DNA of 64,000 bases from Minisyncoccia bacterium (GTDB lineage: Bacteria; Patescibacteriota; Minisyncoccia; Phycocordibacterales; UBA9973). The number at the start of each line of letters is the position of its first letter. Positions within the stretch are counted from its first letter, which is position 1. Position numbers and translations under genes: made by a program. The notes under the pieces were generated by a model. It did no database searches. It was not told the DNA's origin and saw nothing but the letters and a program-made list of their open reading frames with translations. The stretch is taken from positions 259,569-323,568 of the forward strand of contig JBBRTD010000001.1 in NCBI GenBank assembly GCA_038244685.1. Direction: 5' to 3'. Below, in pieces: positions 35,630 through 45,190 of this stretch.

Positions 35630-36406
35630 ATGAGAGCATTGGTTATTATTTTTATTTTAACCCTAGGATGGTTAAAATCAAATGGGCAAACTGGACCCGT
35701 ATTCCAGTACACGAATCCTTCGAAGCAAGAGATTTATAGTCTTGCTACAGAAGAAAGCCCAAAAGGCTATGCATTTAGAACTTATCTCTTGGATGTTATT
35801 AATTCTGGTTTAAAAGATACAACATTACGTGTTTCATTAGTAAACATAAATGATGTATTTAATAATTTATACTTCGAAGAGATTTATCTCGAAGAAGGAA
35901 AATATTTAAACTCTGGATATAATCCATCCAAAAGAAAAATGGTTCCAAGTGTAGGACACCAATGGACAGGTTTCGGCTGGGTCTATAAGATTGGAACATT
36001 TTCAATTAAGACTTTAAAAGGGGATTGTGCTAATATTTTAAGCGCAATGCCAGTAAGAAGTTTTGTATTGCAAAGCTCTTTTCCTCCACTACCAAAGAAT
36101 TCGGAGGTAAAAACTGCTTCTTTCAATTTTCCAGAAGATTTAGGTGGTTCTGCTATTGTAACAAAAGAGCAACCAGTACAAAAACCTTGGTCTTATGAGC
36201 CACCAGTTAAACATAAGAAGAAATTCTTCCGTAGAACTGGAGTTGTCATTGGCGGTGTTGTTGTCGGAGTTGGTTTAGGTGGATTAGTTTATGCAATTTT
36301 GCATAAGAAAGGTTCATCTGAACATGGAACAATGTCTGGCGGTAGGCCATTCGTTGACCCGGCAAATGTCACAATCCCTGACCCAGGCGCTGGGAGAGGA
36401 GATTGA
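35630..36406 (+). CDS. Secreted protein with a C-terminal transmembrane anchor (Gly/Val-rich helix), hypothetical surface protein.
   Basis: Signal peptide. C-terminal helix VVIGGVVVGVGLGGLVYAIL followed by basic residues. Confidence 0.6.
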   Translation: MRALVIIFILTLGWLKSNGQTGPVFQYTNPSKQEIYSLATEESPKGYAFRTYLLDVINSGLKDTTLRVSLVNINDVFNNLYFEEIYLEEGKYLNSGYNPSKRKMVPSVGHQWTGFGWVYKIGTFSIKTLKGDCANILSAMPVRSFVLQSSFPPLPKNSEVKTASFNFPEDLGGSAIVTKEQPVQKPWSYEPPVKHKKKFFRRTGVVIGGVVVGVGLGGLVYAILHKKGSSEHGTMSGGRPFVDPANVTIPDPGAGRGD

Positions 36407-36547
36407 TTATCTTTTATTTTTTAAAAATTGCACATTATCTAAATTAAGTAATGGTGAAAAGTTTGCTTGCAAACTTTTCACCACCTCTTTAAGTCTCCAA
36501 CTCTTCGAAGGGTTGAAGGTTTAAAATTGTAACAATTATTAATTATT

Positions 36548-39175
36548 ATGAAAAATTATATGAAAAAAATAATAGTCGGAATATTAACTTTTGTTTTCCT
36601 ATTTACAGGAATCCAGAGTGTATTTGCTTCAGGTCCATTTAATGGACAATCAGGGGATTGTAATCCAGCTATTGGAATAGGTGTTTATCCAACAAACATT
36701 CCAAGAGATAATTATGGATGTTGGTCTGCAACACAGATTTCAGCTCAACCAGGGGATACTATTAACGTTGCTATGTATTACCACAATAATACAAATGCTC
36801 CTCTTAGTAATGTTCGTGGTTCTATTGTTAAGTCATCTTCAGGGCCTGCAACTAACTTTACCTTTACAGGTAGTATGTATTCAGATCAAGGAAGTCAGAC
36901 AATAGGAACAGTAACATTAAGTCTTCCTAGTTCTCAAACTCTTACTTACAGTTCAACTCATTGGATGAAAGACGCTGCTGCTGTTAAGTCAGATACAGAT
37001 ACGAACGTCTTTGTTAATGATGGAGGTCAGATAAGTATAGGTAGTGTTCCAGCAGGTTGGAATGATTATGGAGAATTTTTGGTTGTTTATAAGGTTTCAA
37101 ACAATGTTGCTCCGCAACTTTGTAATGACCCTGCTGCTACGAACTATCACGGAACATTACCTTGTACATATCCCGCACAATTATGTGAAGACCCCGCAGC
37201 TACAAATTACCACGGAACATTACCTTGTACTTACCCAGTTGTTAAACAATGTATAATTTCAAACTTTGCTGCTAATCCAACATCAATAACATCAGGAAAT
37301 GCTTCTACTCTAACTTGGAGTACGACTGACTGTACAAGTGTTACAATTTCAAATCTCGGCTATGCTGTTCCAGTCTCTGGATCACAAGCTATTTATCCTA
37401 CTGTTACAACAAACTATGTCTTAACGGCATATGGAGCTAGCGGTCAACCTCAAACAAGACAGGCCACTGTAACTGTTAATCAAGTTCAAAATAATTGTTC
37501 AATTTCAAACTTCAATGCAAATCCTTCATCTGTAACTTCAGGTAATCCTTCAACTCTATCTTGGAATACAACTGATTGTACAAGTGTCGTTATTTCAAAC
37601 TTAGGTTACAATGTTCCTGTTTCAGGAACGCAAGTTGTTTATCCTACTGTTACTACAACTTATGTATTAACTGCCTACGGCTTAAATGGTCAGACCCAGA
37701 CAAGATCAGCAACTGTATATGTAAACCAAATTCAGAATAACTGTTCAATCTCAAATTTTACAGCAACTCCATATTCTATTACTGAGAATAATTCATCCAC
37801 TTTAACTTGGAATACAAATGATTGTACAAATGTAGTAATTTCAAATCTTGGATATTCTGTTCCAGTTTCTGGATCACAAGTTGTTTATCCTACTGTTACA
37901 ACCACATATGTATTAACTGCAAATGGAATTAACGGTCAGACTCAAACAAGATCAGCGACTGTTTATGTAACCCAGATACAAAACAATATTTGCCGTGATT
38001 ACTCCGCAACAAATTATTTAGGAACATTGCCATGTAGATATCCAGTTGTTCAAAAATGTCAGGATTACTCAGCAACAAACTACTTAGGAACACTACCTTG
38101 TAGATATCCAGTTGTGCAGCAATACTGTCAGGACTACAGTGCTACTAACTACCAGGGAACATTACCATGTAGATACGCTATAGTTCAGACTCAAGTTTGT
38201 CGCGATACAACTGCCAATAATTATCTAGGAAATTTACCTTGTAATTATTACAAAGCTCCAACTGTTTACTTGAATAAAAATGTTGTTACAACTGTAGCCA
38301 CAAATATCACAAGAAACGAAGCTCAGATAAATGGTTACATAACAAATTCAAATTACTATAATTCAAATGTTTACTTTGAATATGGAACAACTGTAAATCT
38401 TGGCTCACGTACAGCTTCAAAGAGTACAAATGGAAATACTAGTTTCAATGAAAGCCTAAGAGGTCTTAGTCCAAATACAATATATTTCTTCCAGGCCGTT
38501 GGAGATGGATCTGATGGTATAGCTAGAGGAAGTATTGAAATATTTAAGACATTAGCAGATGCAACTGTTAAACCAATAATTATTCAAGGTACAACTATTA
38601 TCGGTAATGCTTCTCCTGTAAGACTAACAATTAGTAATAAATACCAATTGATAGGAGCAGGTGACTTAATTGACTATGTTGTTACTTATAAGAATATTGG
38701 TAAAAATAAACTTATAAGACCAATGGTTCAAGTTGTCCTTCCTACAAACGTTACACTTATAAATTCTTCACGTGGAACTTATTCAGTTGATACACATACT
38801 CTATCTGCTCCAATTGAAGATCTAGAGAGTGGTCAAGAGGGAATTATAAACCTACAAGCTAGAGTTGATTCAATACCATTGAATAATTCTCAGATTGTAA
38901 CTACTGCAATTCTTGTTTACACAAATCCAAACGGTGCTCAGGAAAATGCTATGACTTATGTTATAAATATCCCAAAGTTAATCGGAGGAACTGCGACAAC
39001 TCTTGTCACTGATGGTTCTGTTTTAGGAGGCTCAGTTTTATTTGGAGGACTATTCTCAATCGGTCTTCTAGGTTGGTTATTGATACTTCTATTAATAATG
39101 CTTATCGTTTTGATCTCTCGTTCTTTTAATAGAAGAGCTCCAAATGATGTCATTGTTCACAATCAGACACATTAA
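36548..39175 (+). CDS. Large repeat-rich surface protein (875 aa) with a signal peptide and a C-terminal transmembrane anchor; adhesin-like.
   Basis: Three families of tandem repeats, many paired cysteines, and C-terminal helix LFGGLFSIGLLGWLLILLLIMLIVLI. Confidence 0.75.
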   Translation: MKNYMKKIIVGILTFVFLFTGIQSVFASGPFNGQSGDCNPAIGIGVYPTNIPRDNYGCWSATQISAQPGDTINVAMYYHNNTNAPLSNVRGSIVKSSSGPATNFTFTGSMYSDQGSQTIGTVTLSLPSSQTLTYSSTHWMKDAAAVKSDTDTNVFVNDGGQISIGSVPAGWNDYGEFLVVYKVSNNVAPQLCNDPAATNYHGTLPCTYPAQLCEDPAATNYHGTLPCTYPVVKQCIISNFAANPTSITSGNASTLTWSTTDCTSVTISNLGYAVPVSGSQAIYPTVTTNYVLTAYGASGQPQTRQATVTVNQVQNNCSISNFNANPSSVTSGNPSTLSWNTTDCTSVVISNLGYNVPVSGTQVVYPTVTTTYVLTAYGLNGQTQTRSATVYVNQIQNNCSISNFTATPYSITENNSSTLTWNTNDCTNVVISNLGYSVPVSGSQVVYPTVTTTYVLTANGINGQTQTRSATVYVTQIQNNICRDYSATNYLGTLPCRYPVVQKCQDYSATNYLGTLPCRYPVVQQYCQDYSATNYQGTLPCRYAIVQTQVCRDTTANNYLGNLPCNYYKAPTVYLNKNVVTTVATNITRNEAQINGYITNSNYYNSNVYFEYGTTVNLGSRTASKSTNGNTSFNESLRGLSPNTIYFFQAVGDGSDGIARGSIEIFKTLADATVKPIIIQGTTIIGNASPVRLTISNKYQLIGAGDLIDYVVTYKNIGKNKLIRPMVQVVLPTNVTLINSSRGTYSVDTHTLSAPIEDLESGQEGIINLQARVDSIPLNNSQIVTTAILVYTNPNGAQENAMTYVINIPKLIGGTATTLVTDGSVLGGSVLFGGLFSIGLLGWLLILLLIMLIVLISRSFNRRAPNDVIVHNQTH
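37127..38260 (+). repeat. In-frame tandem DNA repeats inside the surface-protein gene: 2 x about 63 nt, 3 x 246 nt (37250, 37496, 37742) and 4 x about 66 nt.
   Basis: Exact 246-nt periodicity of CxISNF...NLGY..PVSG.Q..YPTVTT.YVLTA.G..GQ.QTR.ATV.V.Q.QNN units. The other repeats are DPAATNYHGTLPCTYP and CQDYSATNYLGTLPCRYPVVQ. Confidence 0.75.
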
Positions 39176-39185
39176 TAAGAAATAA

Positions 39186-39228
39186 ATAACACACCCGCCA
39201 CAAAATATGTGGCGGGTGTGTTATTATA
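39186..39228 (+). terminator. Strong intrinsic terminator after the surface-protein gene.
   Basis: ataacacacccgccac-aaaatat-gtggcgggtgtgttat followed by a T-rich tract. Confidence 0.75.
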
Positions 39229-39235
39229 TATGTAT

Positions 39236-39676
39236 ATGGAAAAGGTATTAAATCTAGCCGATATTGGCCAAATTACAAAAGAAATTATCGAAGAAGTAAG
39301 TAAGGGTGATCGCGATCTTGCTACTATTATTACTTTTTCTGGTGAATTAGGAGCAGGTAAAACAACAATAACAAAAGAACTAGCCAAGCAACTTGGCATT
39401 AAAGAGCATGTAGTTTCTCCAACTTTTGTTATTATGAAAATATATAAGACAAAAAATATTAAATTCAAAAATTTAATACATATTGATGCATATAGGTTAG
39501 AAAAGAAAGAAGAGTTACTTTCTCTTGGTTGGGCAGAAATTATTAAAAATAAAGATAATTTAATTATTGTGGACTGGCCAGAAAGAGTATTTGAATGCTT
39601 CCCAAAAGATATTTTTAAGGTAAAACTAGAGCACAAAGACGAGGACACTAGAACTATTAATTTTTGCTATAATTAG
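39236..39676 (+). CDS. tsaE: tRNA threonylcarbamoyladenosine biosynthesis protein TsaE (YjeE-type P-loop). Start moved downstream of the terminator hairpin.
   Basis: P-loop FSGELGAGKTTITKELAKQLG. Length about 146 aa. Confidence 0.75.
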   Translation: MEKVLNLADIGQITKEIIEEVSKGDRDLATIITFSGELGAGKTTITKELAKQLGIKEHVVSPTFVIMKIYKTKNIKFKNLIHIDAYRLEKKEELLSLGWAEIIKNKDNLIIVDWPERVFECFPKDIFKVKLEHKDEDTRTINFCYN

Positions 39677-39678
39677 AT

Positions 39679-42090
39679 ATGGTAAAAAAAAGAGAATTAA
39701 ATAAAAAGCTTGTTTTGCTTGATACACATGCAATAATTCATCGCGCATACCACGCCCTCCCTGAATTTATGAATTCAAAGGGTGAGCCAACTGGAGCTAT
39801 TTATGGACTCGCAACCATGCTTTTTAAGATTATTTCTGAACTTAATCCTGATTATATAATTGCTTGTTATGACTTGCCGAAGAAAACATTTAGACATTTA
39901 GCTTATGATGATTATAAGGCTGGACGGGCCAAAGCTGACGATGCTCTTGTTGTTCAACTTATCCGTTCTCGCGAATTTTTTCAAGCACTCTCAATTCCAA
40001 TGTATGAATGTGAAGGTTTTGAAGCTGATGATTTACTTGGAACCATAACCGAAAAAGTAAAATCAATAAAAGAAATGGAAGTGATTATTGCTTCAGGGGA
40101 TATGGACACCTTACAGTTGGTTGATAAAAACCGAGTAAAAGTTTACACACTAAAGAAAGGTATAAATGATACTATTTTATATAATGAAGAAAAAGTAAAA
40201 GAGCGTTTTGGTTTCGACCCAATTTATCTACCAGACTATAAAGGTCTTCGCGGCGATCCGTCGGACAATATTATCGGTATTAAGGGTATTGGTGAAAAGA
40301 CTGCCACTATCTTAATCTCTAAATATGGAACAATTGAGAAAATGTATAAAGACATAAAGAAAAGTCCTGAAATTTTTAAAGGTCTTGGTATAACAGAGAG
40401 GGTTTTTTCTCTTTTAAAAGAAGGAGAGGATGAGGCTATTTTTTCAAAGACGTTGGCGACAATAAGGCGTGATGCCCCGATTGATTTTAAGTTACCAGGA
40501 AACTGGAAGGAGAATGTTGAAATTAACGATGTTGATTTATTTTTCAAAAAGATGGAATTTAAAAGTTTACAAAATAGATTTTTAAATATATTAGGGAAGG
40601 GGGTTTCAGAAAAAGCTGCTGATAAAAAACAGAAAGAAGAAGATATTTTACAAGGAGAAGATAAAAGTAAAATAACAAAAGCCAAAATTGCTTTTTGGCT
40701 TTTGGATTCAGAAAAGACAAATCCTGATATAAATGAAGTTATTGAATATAAAAATAGTAATTCACTCGATGGGGCCTTGGTAAAAATGGAAGAAGATATA
40801 CAGAAAGAAGACCTTGAGTATGTATATAAAGAAATTGAGCTGCCCATTATTCCCATAGTTGAGCGTATGGAGAAAATTGGTATTAAAATTGATTTAGATT
40901 ATTTCAGTAAAATTTCAAAAGAATATCATTTTGATTTAGAAAAAATTGAGAAAGAGATATGGGCTTACGCTGGAAGGGAGTTCAATATTAATTCACCAAA
41001 GCAATTAGGTGAGATTCTTTTTGATGAAATTAAAATAGGAGAAGTTGATGGTAAATCTCTTGGACTTAAAATGAAAAAGACAAGTGGGGGAGCTCGTTCA
41101 ACTCGCGAAAGTGAACTTGAAAAACTTCGGGATCTTCATCCTATAATAGATAAGATTTTAGAACATAGAGAATTACAAAAGTTACTTTCAACTTATATAG
41201 ATACTATTCCATCTTTGGTTGGAAAAGATGGAAGGCTCCATGCTAGCTTTTTGCAATACGGGACTACGACAGGAAGATTCTCTTCTAACAATCCAAATTT
41301 GCAGAATATACCCATAAAGACAGAACGCGGCAAAAATATAAGAAACGCATTTATTGCTGAAGATGGCTATTTATTAGTTTCATTTGATTATTCTCAGATA
41401 GAACTTCGAATTGCAGCCCTCTTGTCTCAAGATTCATATTTTATTAAAACATTTCAAGAAGGGAAAGATATCCATTCTGCAGTAGCGATGAAAGTTTTTG
41501 GAGTCAAAGAAGGAGATGTAACCGCCGACATGCGTCGTCGAGCTAAGGTCATAAATTTTGGAATTCTTTACGGTATGGGAGTAACTGCCTTAAGTCAAAA
41601 CTTGGGAACAAATAGAAAGGATGCCCAAATATTTTATGATAATTATTTCAATCAATTCCCTACGATTGCAAATTATTTAGAGAGCATTAAAATATTTGCC
41701 AGAGAACATGGTTATACACAAACCCTTTTTAAGCGAAAAAGGTATTTTCCTGCCATTAACTCTTCTCTACCATTTATGAAGGCCATGGCAGAGCGCATGG
41801 CAACAAATGCACCCATTCAAGGGACGGCAACTGCTGATATTATAAAGATAGGAATGAAAAAAGTAGAGGAGGGACTGATTAATTCAGGGATATTAGATGA
41901 TGTCAGAATGGTCTTGCAAGTTCATGATGAATTAGTCTATGAGATTAAAGAAGATAAATTAGAAGTAGCCAAGAGAATCATAGAAAAGGGAATGATAGAG
42001 GCTATTCCAAGGGATTTTATTAAAGAGATGACTCCTGTTCCTCTCGCTGTTAGTTACGGTTTTGGTAAAAATTGGGGTGGATTAAAGTAG
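39679..42090 (+). CDS. polA: DNA polymerase I with 5'-3' exonuclease and family A polymerase domains (803 aa).
   Basis: N-terminal FEN-like domain. Pol A motifs DYSQIELR, KVINFGILYG and QVHDELVYE. Confidence 0.92.
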   Translation: MVKKRELNKKLVLLDTHAIIHRAYHALPEFMNSKGEPTGAIYGLATMLFKIISELNPDYIIACYDLPKKTFRHLAYDDYKAGRAKADDALVVQLIRSREFFQALSIPMYECEGFEADDLLGTITEKVKSIKEMEVIIASGDMDTLQLVDKNRVKVYTLKKGINDTILYNEEKVKERFGFDPIYLPDYKGLRGDPSDNIIGIKGIGEKTATILISKYGTIEKMYKDIKKSPEIFKGLGITERVFSLLKEGEDEAIFSKTLATIRRDAPIDFKLPGNWKENVEINDVDLFFKKMEFKSLQNRFLNILGKGVSEKAADKKQKEEDILQGEDKSKITKAKIAFWLLDSEKTNPDINEVIEYKNSNSLDGALVKMEEDIQKEDLEYVYKEIELPIIPIVERMEKIGIKIDLDYFSKISKEYHFDLEKIEKEIWAYAGREFNINSPKQLGEILFDEIKIGEVDGKSLGLKMKKTSGGARSTRESELEKLRDLHPIIDKILEHRELQKLLSTYIDTIPSLVGKDGRLHASFLQYGTTTGRFSSNNPNLQNIPIKTERGKNIRNAFIAEDGYLLVSFDYSQIELRIAALLSQDSYFIKTFQEGKDIHSAVAMKVFGVKEGDVTADMRRRAKVINFGILYGMGVTALSQNLGTNRKDAQIFYDNYFNQFPTIANYLESIKIFAREHGYTQTLFKRKRYFPAINSSLPFMKAMAERMATNAPIQGTATADIIKIGMKKVEEGLINSGILDDVRMVLQVHDELVYEIKEDKLEVAKRIIEKGMIEAIPRDFIKEMTPVPLAVSYGFGKNWGGLK

Positions 42091-42125
42091 TGGCATAATT
42101 TTATTTCTAGTGATAGGATTAATAT

Positions 42126-42626
42126 ATGGACGAATATAATAAAAATTTAAATATTAAAAACTCATCTAAGTCAGGAATTGTTCATGTTCTTCTTTCTCGG
42201 TCTTATGCAATATACTTCTTTGCTGTTTTATTTGGTGCTATTTTTGACATCGTATTTCATTTTGATATTTTTGGAAATTATATATATCAATATGTTGGAA
42301 TTATAATGATCATATTAGGTTCATTCTTTGTTTACTGGGCACAATCAACAACCAGCCAGCCAAAAAGTGAAATAAATAAAGAAAGAGATACTAATTTCTT
42401 TTTGCGCGGTCCATATAAATATACAAGGAATCCAACAAATTTCGGAGTAGCTTTTATGTCTTTAGGTTTAGGTTTTTTAATAAATTCTCTGTTTTCTGTC
42501 ATATTTATAGTGATAGCGTATCTTATCTCAAAATTAATTTTTATTAAAAAACAGGATTCTATTCTAGAAGAAAGATATGGAAGTGTTTTTGATGATTACA
42601 AAAAGAAAGTTAAAAATTGGCTATGA
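42126..42626 (+). CDS. Membrane methyltransferase-like protein (isoprenylcysteine carboxyl / phospholipid methyltransferase family).
   Basis: Multi-pass membrane protein with motif RGPYKYTRNPTNFG, resembling the family RHP-Y signature. Confidence 0.5.
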   Translation: MDEYNKNLNIKNSSKSGIVHVLLSRSYAIYFFAVLFGAIFDIVFHFDIFGNYIYQYVGIIMIILGSFFVYWAQSTTSQPKSEINKERDTNFFLRGPYKYTRNPTNFGVAFMSLGLGFLINSLFSVIFIVIAYLISKLIFIKKQDSILEERYGSVFDDYKKKVKNWL

Positions 42627-43261
42627 TTCATATCTTGGTTGGAGGGGATACAAAAAATAAAAGTAATTACATAAAAGAGCTCACAGGAAAGAGTGAGTCT
42701 TTTTTTATTCCAACTAATTTATTAACCAAGGATTTGCTAATGAGTTATTCTAGTAATATAAGTTTGTTTGGGGAGTCTCCATTTATTATTGCTGAAAATA
42801 TTTTAAATGATGATAATTTAATTTTCTTACAAGAAGAATTAAATTCGTTAAAAGATTCAGAAACAATTTTTATTATAAAAGAAGATAAAATGTCTGTTCC
42901 TCTTCAGAAGAAGTACAAGAATTATGGTAATATAAAAATTTTTGAAGAAAAGAAGATAATACCAATATCTAAATTTAATATCTTTAGCTTAACAGATGCT
43001 TATTCCAATCGTGATAAAATTAAAACCTGGATTATTTTTAATAATGCTATTTTATCTGGCTTAGAGCCTGAAGCGATTGCCGGAGTTTTATTTTGGAAAA
43101 TAAAAACCATGATATTAAACGGAAGCCGTAGCTTTAATAAGGAAGAACTTAAATCTCAATCAAGCCATATTGTCTCTTTATATCATAAGGCCCACAGAGG
43201 AGAGTCCGACTTTGCTATTTCCCTAGAGCAGTTTATTCTCTCATCTTTGTCTTCTCGTTAA
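42617..43261 (+). CDS. Hypothetical protein. Weak resemblance to short DNA polymerase III delta (HolA)-like proteins, unverified.
   Basis: Overlaps the upstream gene by 10 nt. No firm motif. Confidence 0.4.
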   Translation: MAMIHILVGGDTKNKSNYIKELTGKSESFFIPTNLLTKDLLMSYSSNISLFGESPFIIAENILNDDNLIFLQEELNSLKDSETIFIIKEDKMSVPLQKKYKNYGNIKIFEEKKIIPISKFNIFSLTDAYSNRDKIKTWIIFNNAILSGLEPEAIAGVLFWKIKTMILNGSRSFNKEELKSQSSHIVSLYHKAHRGESDFAISLEQFILSSLSSR

Positions 43262-43279
43262 AAATGGTATAATAAAAAA

Positions 43280-43537
43280 ATGGAATCAATTTTGAAATCA
43301 GAAATTTTTTTCTTCATTAGCTCTGTTTCCGTAATTTTAATTACAGTTATTTTTATTATTGTAGGTTTTTATTTGATAAAGATAATGAAAAATTTTTCCG
43401 AAATATCGGAGAAAATTAAAGATACAGTAAATGGAGCCACTTCTTCACTTGAGGAAGTAGGGGAGAATATAAAAGAAAGTTTGATTTTTCGCTTCTTTTT
43501 TGGCAAGAAAAGAAGGAGCAAAGAAAGTAAGAAATAA
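43280..43537 (+). CDS. Small membrane protein, hypothetical.
   Basis: One hydrophobic helix. TATAAT at 43268..43273, 6 nt before the ATG. Confidence 0.4.
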   Translation: MESILKSEIFFFISSVSVILITVIFIIVGFYLIKIMKNFSEISEKIKDTVNGATSSLEEVGENIKESLIFRFFFGKKRRSKESKK

Positions 43538-43566
43538 TTATTAATAAATTTTAACACATAAATTAT

Positions 43567-43935
43567 ATGGCAAAGATAAACAAAAAAGGTTTAAGTGGAG
43601 GGGAGGTTGTAGGGATAGGAGCCACAGTTGCGGCCTTAGGAGCTGCTGCTTATATTCTTTTTGGACCAGAAGGAAAGAAGAATAAAAAGGTAATTCGTGG
43701 ATGGGCAGTTAAAATGAAGGGAGAAATAATTGAGAAATTAGAAGAAGTAAAAGAAATTTCTGAACCAGTCTACCAAAATATAATAGACAAAGTTTCAGAA
43801 AAATACGCAAAGGTTAAAAAAGTTGACCCTAAAGAATTAGAAGTTGCTATTTTGGATGTTAAGAAGCATTGGAAAACAATGATGAAAGATGCAAAACCAA
43901 AGAAAAAAGCAAAAGTAGTAAAAGCTAAAAAATAA
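43567..43935 (+). CDS. Lys-rich hypothetical protein with an N-terminal hydrophobic segment.
   Basis: Complete ORF followed by a strong terminator. Confidence 0.45.
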   Translation: MAKINKKGLSGGEVVGIGATVAALGAAAYILFGPEGKKNKKVIRGWAVKMKGEIIEKLEEVKEISEPVYQNIIDKVSEKYAKVKKVDPKELEVAILDVKKHWKTMMKDAKPKKKAKVVKAKK

Positions 43936-43946
43936 ACTCAATATAA

Positions 43947-43981
43947 AAACCCCTACCGATGTACATCGGTAGGGGTTTTTA
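43947..43981 (+). terminator. Intrinsic terminator.
   Basis: acccctaccgatg-tac-atcggtaggggt followed by T5. Confidence 0.75.
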
Positions 43982-44407
43982 CGAGCTTTTTCGCTTTCAA
44001 AGGCCAAACTTTTGCGGACCAAAAGAAAAGGCCTAGGAGTCATTTCTTTATTATCTTTTGAAGATAAAGGAGTGGCTCCTGGGCCTTTTGGCTTTTAGGA
44101 ACGAAAGAACTCATTAAACACTTTTATAAATAATCGTGTTTAGTAAAAATGAACTAATCAATATTATAATTATTACTATATTCTCTTCTCTATCAAGAAA
44201 AAATAATACAATTAATAACTTAGGTACTATTATACACTAAATTTCCAGAATTCAAAATATTTTATAGGGAAAATTCTATATATTGATTTTATCTGATAAA
44301 TATGGTACTTTTGTGTATAGTCATTAGCGTTAGTATAATACCTTTCGTATTTCAGTTATAGTGTTTTCAGCTGAATGTTAAGAGAGTATAGTTTAATAAT
44401 AAAATAT

Positions 44408-44480
44408 CCCCTCGTAGCTCAGTCGGTAGAGCAGCTCCCTTTTAAGGAGATGGTCGTAGGTTCGATTCCTACCGAGGGGA
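44408..44480 (+). tRNA. tRNA-Lys (anticodon TTT).
   Basis: Hand-folded cloverleaf: acceptor CCCCTCG/CGAGGGG, anticodon loop CTTTTAA, T-arm GTAGG-TTCGATT-CCTAC. CCA is not encoded. Confidence 0.85.
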
Positions 44481-44482
44481 CA

Positions 44483-44959
44483 ATGAAGAAATCTATTGTT
44501 TCAGTTCTCATTCTTCCCGATATACGCTCGGCACTAAATGTCGGAGCGATTTTTCGTACAGCCGATGCTGTTGGTATAAATAAAATTTATCTTATTGGTT
44601 GTACCCCAAGACCGACAGATCAATTCGGACGTATTCAAAAGGATATAAGTAAAAGTGCCCTTGGAGCTGAGACTTGGATACCTTGGGAATATAAAGAAAA
44701 ACTACTTCCTTTAATAAAAACCTTAAAGAAACAGGGCTATGAAGTCGTGGCCCTTGAGCAAGATATAAACTCGATTGATTATCGTAAATATAAAAAACCA
44801 GAGAAACTGGCCTTTATTTTAGGTCCTGAAGTTACAGGTCTTGATAAAAAAATCCTTAAAAATTGTGACAAAATAGTCGAGATACCAATGTATGGCAGAA
44901 AAGAATCCTTAAATGTTTCAGTAGCTTGCGGTATTTCTTTATTTAGGATACTAAGATAG
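44483..44959 (+). CDS. SpoU/TrmH-family RNA 2'-O-methyltransferase. The ORF-track N-terminal extension across the tRNA is rejected.
   Basis: SpoU motifs NVGAIFRTADAVGI, GPEVTGLD and IPMYGRKESLNVSVACGISLF. Confidence 0.75.
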   Translation: MKKSIVSVLILPDIRSALNVGAIFRTADAVGINKIYLIGCTPRPTDQFGRIQKDISKSALGAETWIPWEYKEKLLPLIKTLKKQGYEVVALEQDINSIDYRKYKKPEKLAFILGPEVTGLDKKILKNCDKIVEIPMYGRKESLNVSVACGISLFRILR

Positions 44960-44963
44960 TAGA

Positions 44964-45164
44964 TTATTGTATTAATACTGATTGTCCTTTTATGAAAGGC
45001 TTGTCAGTATTTTCTGTTTTTGGCTTACCACTCAGAACCCAAATTACAAAAAGAACAATAACAAATATTATAATTTCAACTCCGAAACTTACTTCACCCC
45101 CGCTCTTTTTCTTGGTCTCAGTTTTCTTTTTTTCTACTTTTTTATCTTTTGGTTTTTCTGCCAT
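44964..45164 (-). CDS. Small Lys-rich single-helix membrane protein, hypothetical. May be co-transcribed downstream of mutM.
   Basis: 66-aa ORF with one hydrophobic helix, 27 nt after the mutM stop on the same strand. Confidence 0.35.
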   Translation of the reverse strand: MAEKPKDKKVEKKKTETKKKSGGEVSFGVEIIIFVIVLFVIWVLSGKPKTENTDKPFIKGQSVLIQ

Positions 45165-45190
45165 ATTTTATGCTCGCTTACTAGCGGCGA

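Noticed and set aside
37127-38260. Possible CRISPR array or diversity-generating retroelement target, given the regular repeats.
   Set aside because: The repeats are in-frame protein modules (246-nt units, no spacers of unique sequence). No cas genes or reverse transcriptase were seen anywhere in the window, and no template-repeat/variable-repeat pair with A-specific mismatches was found.
42617-43261. DNA polymerase III delta subunit (holA) assignment for the 214-aa ORF.
   Set aside because: It has only a vague N-terminal resemblance and is too short. Left as hypothetical.
44375-44482. N-terminal extension of the TrmH-like ORF in the ORF track (MLREYSLIIKYPLVAQSVEQLPFKEMVVGSIPTEGT...).
   Set aside because: This stretch is the tRNA-Lys(TTT) gene read in-frame. 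The true CDS starts at the ATG at 44483, right after the tRNA.
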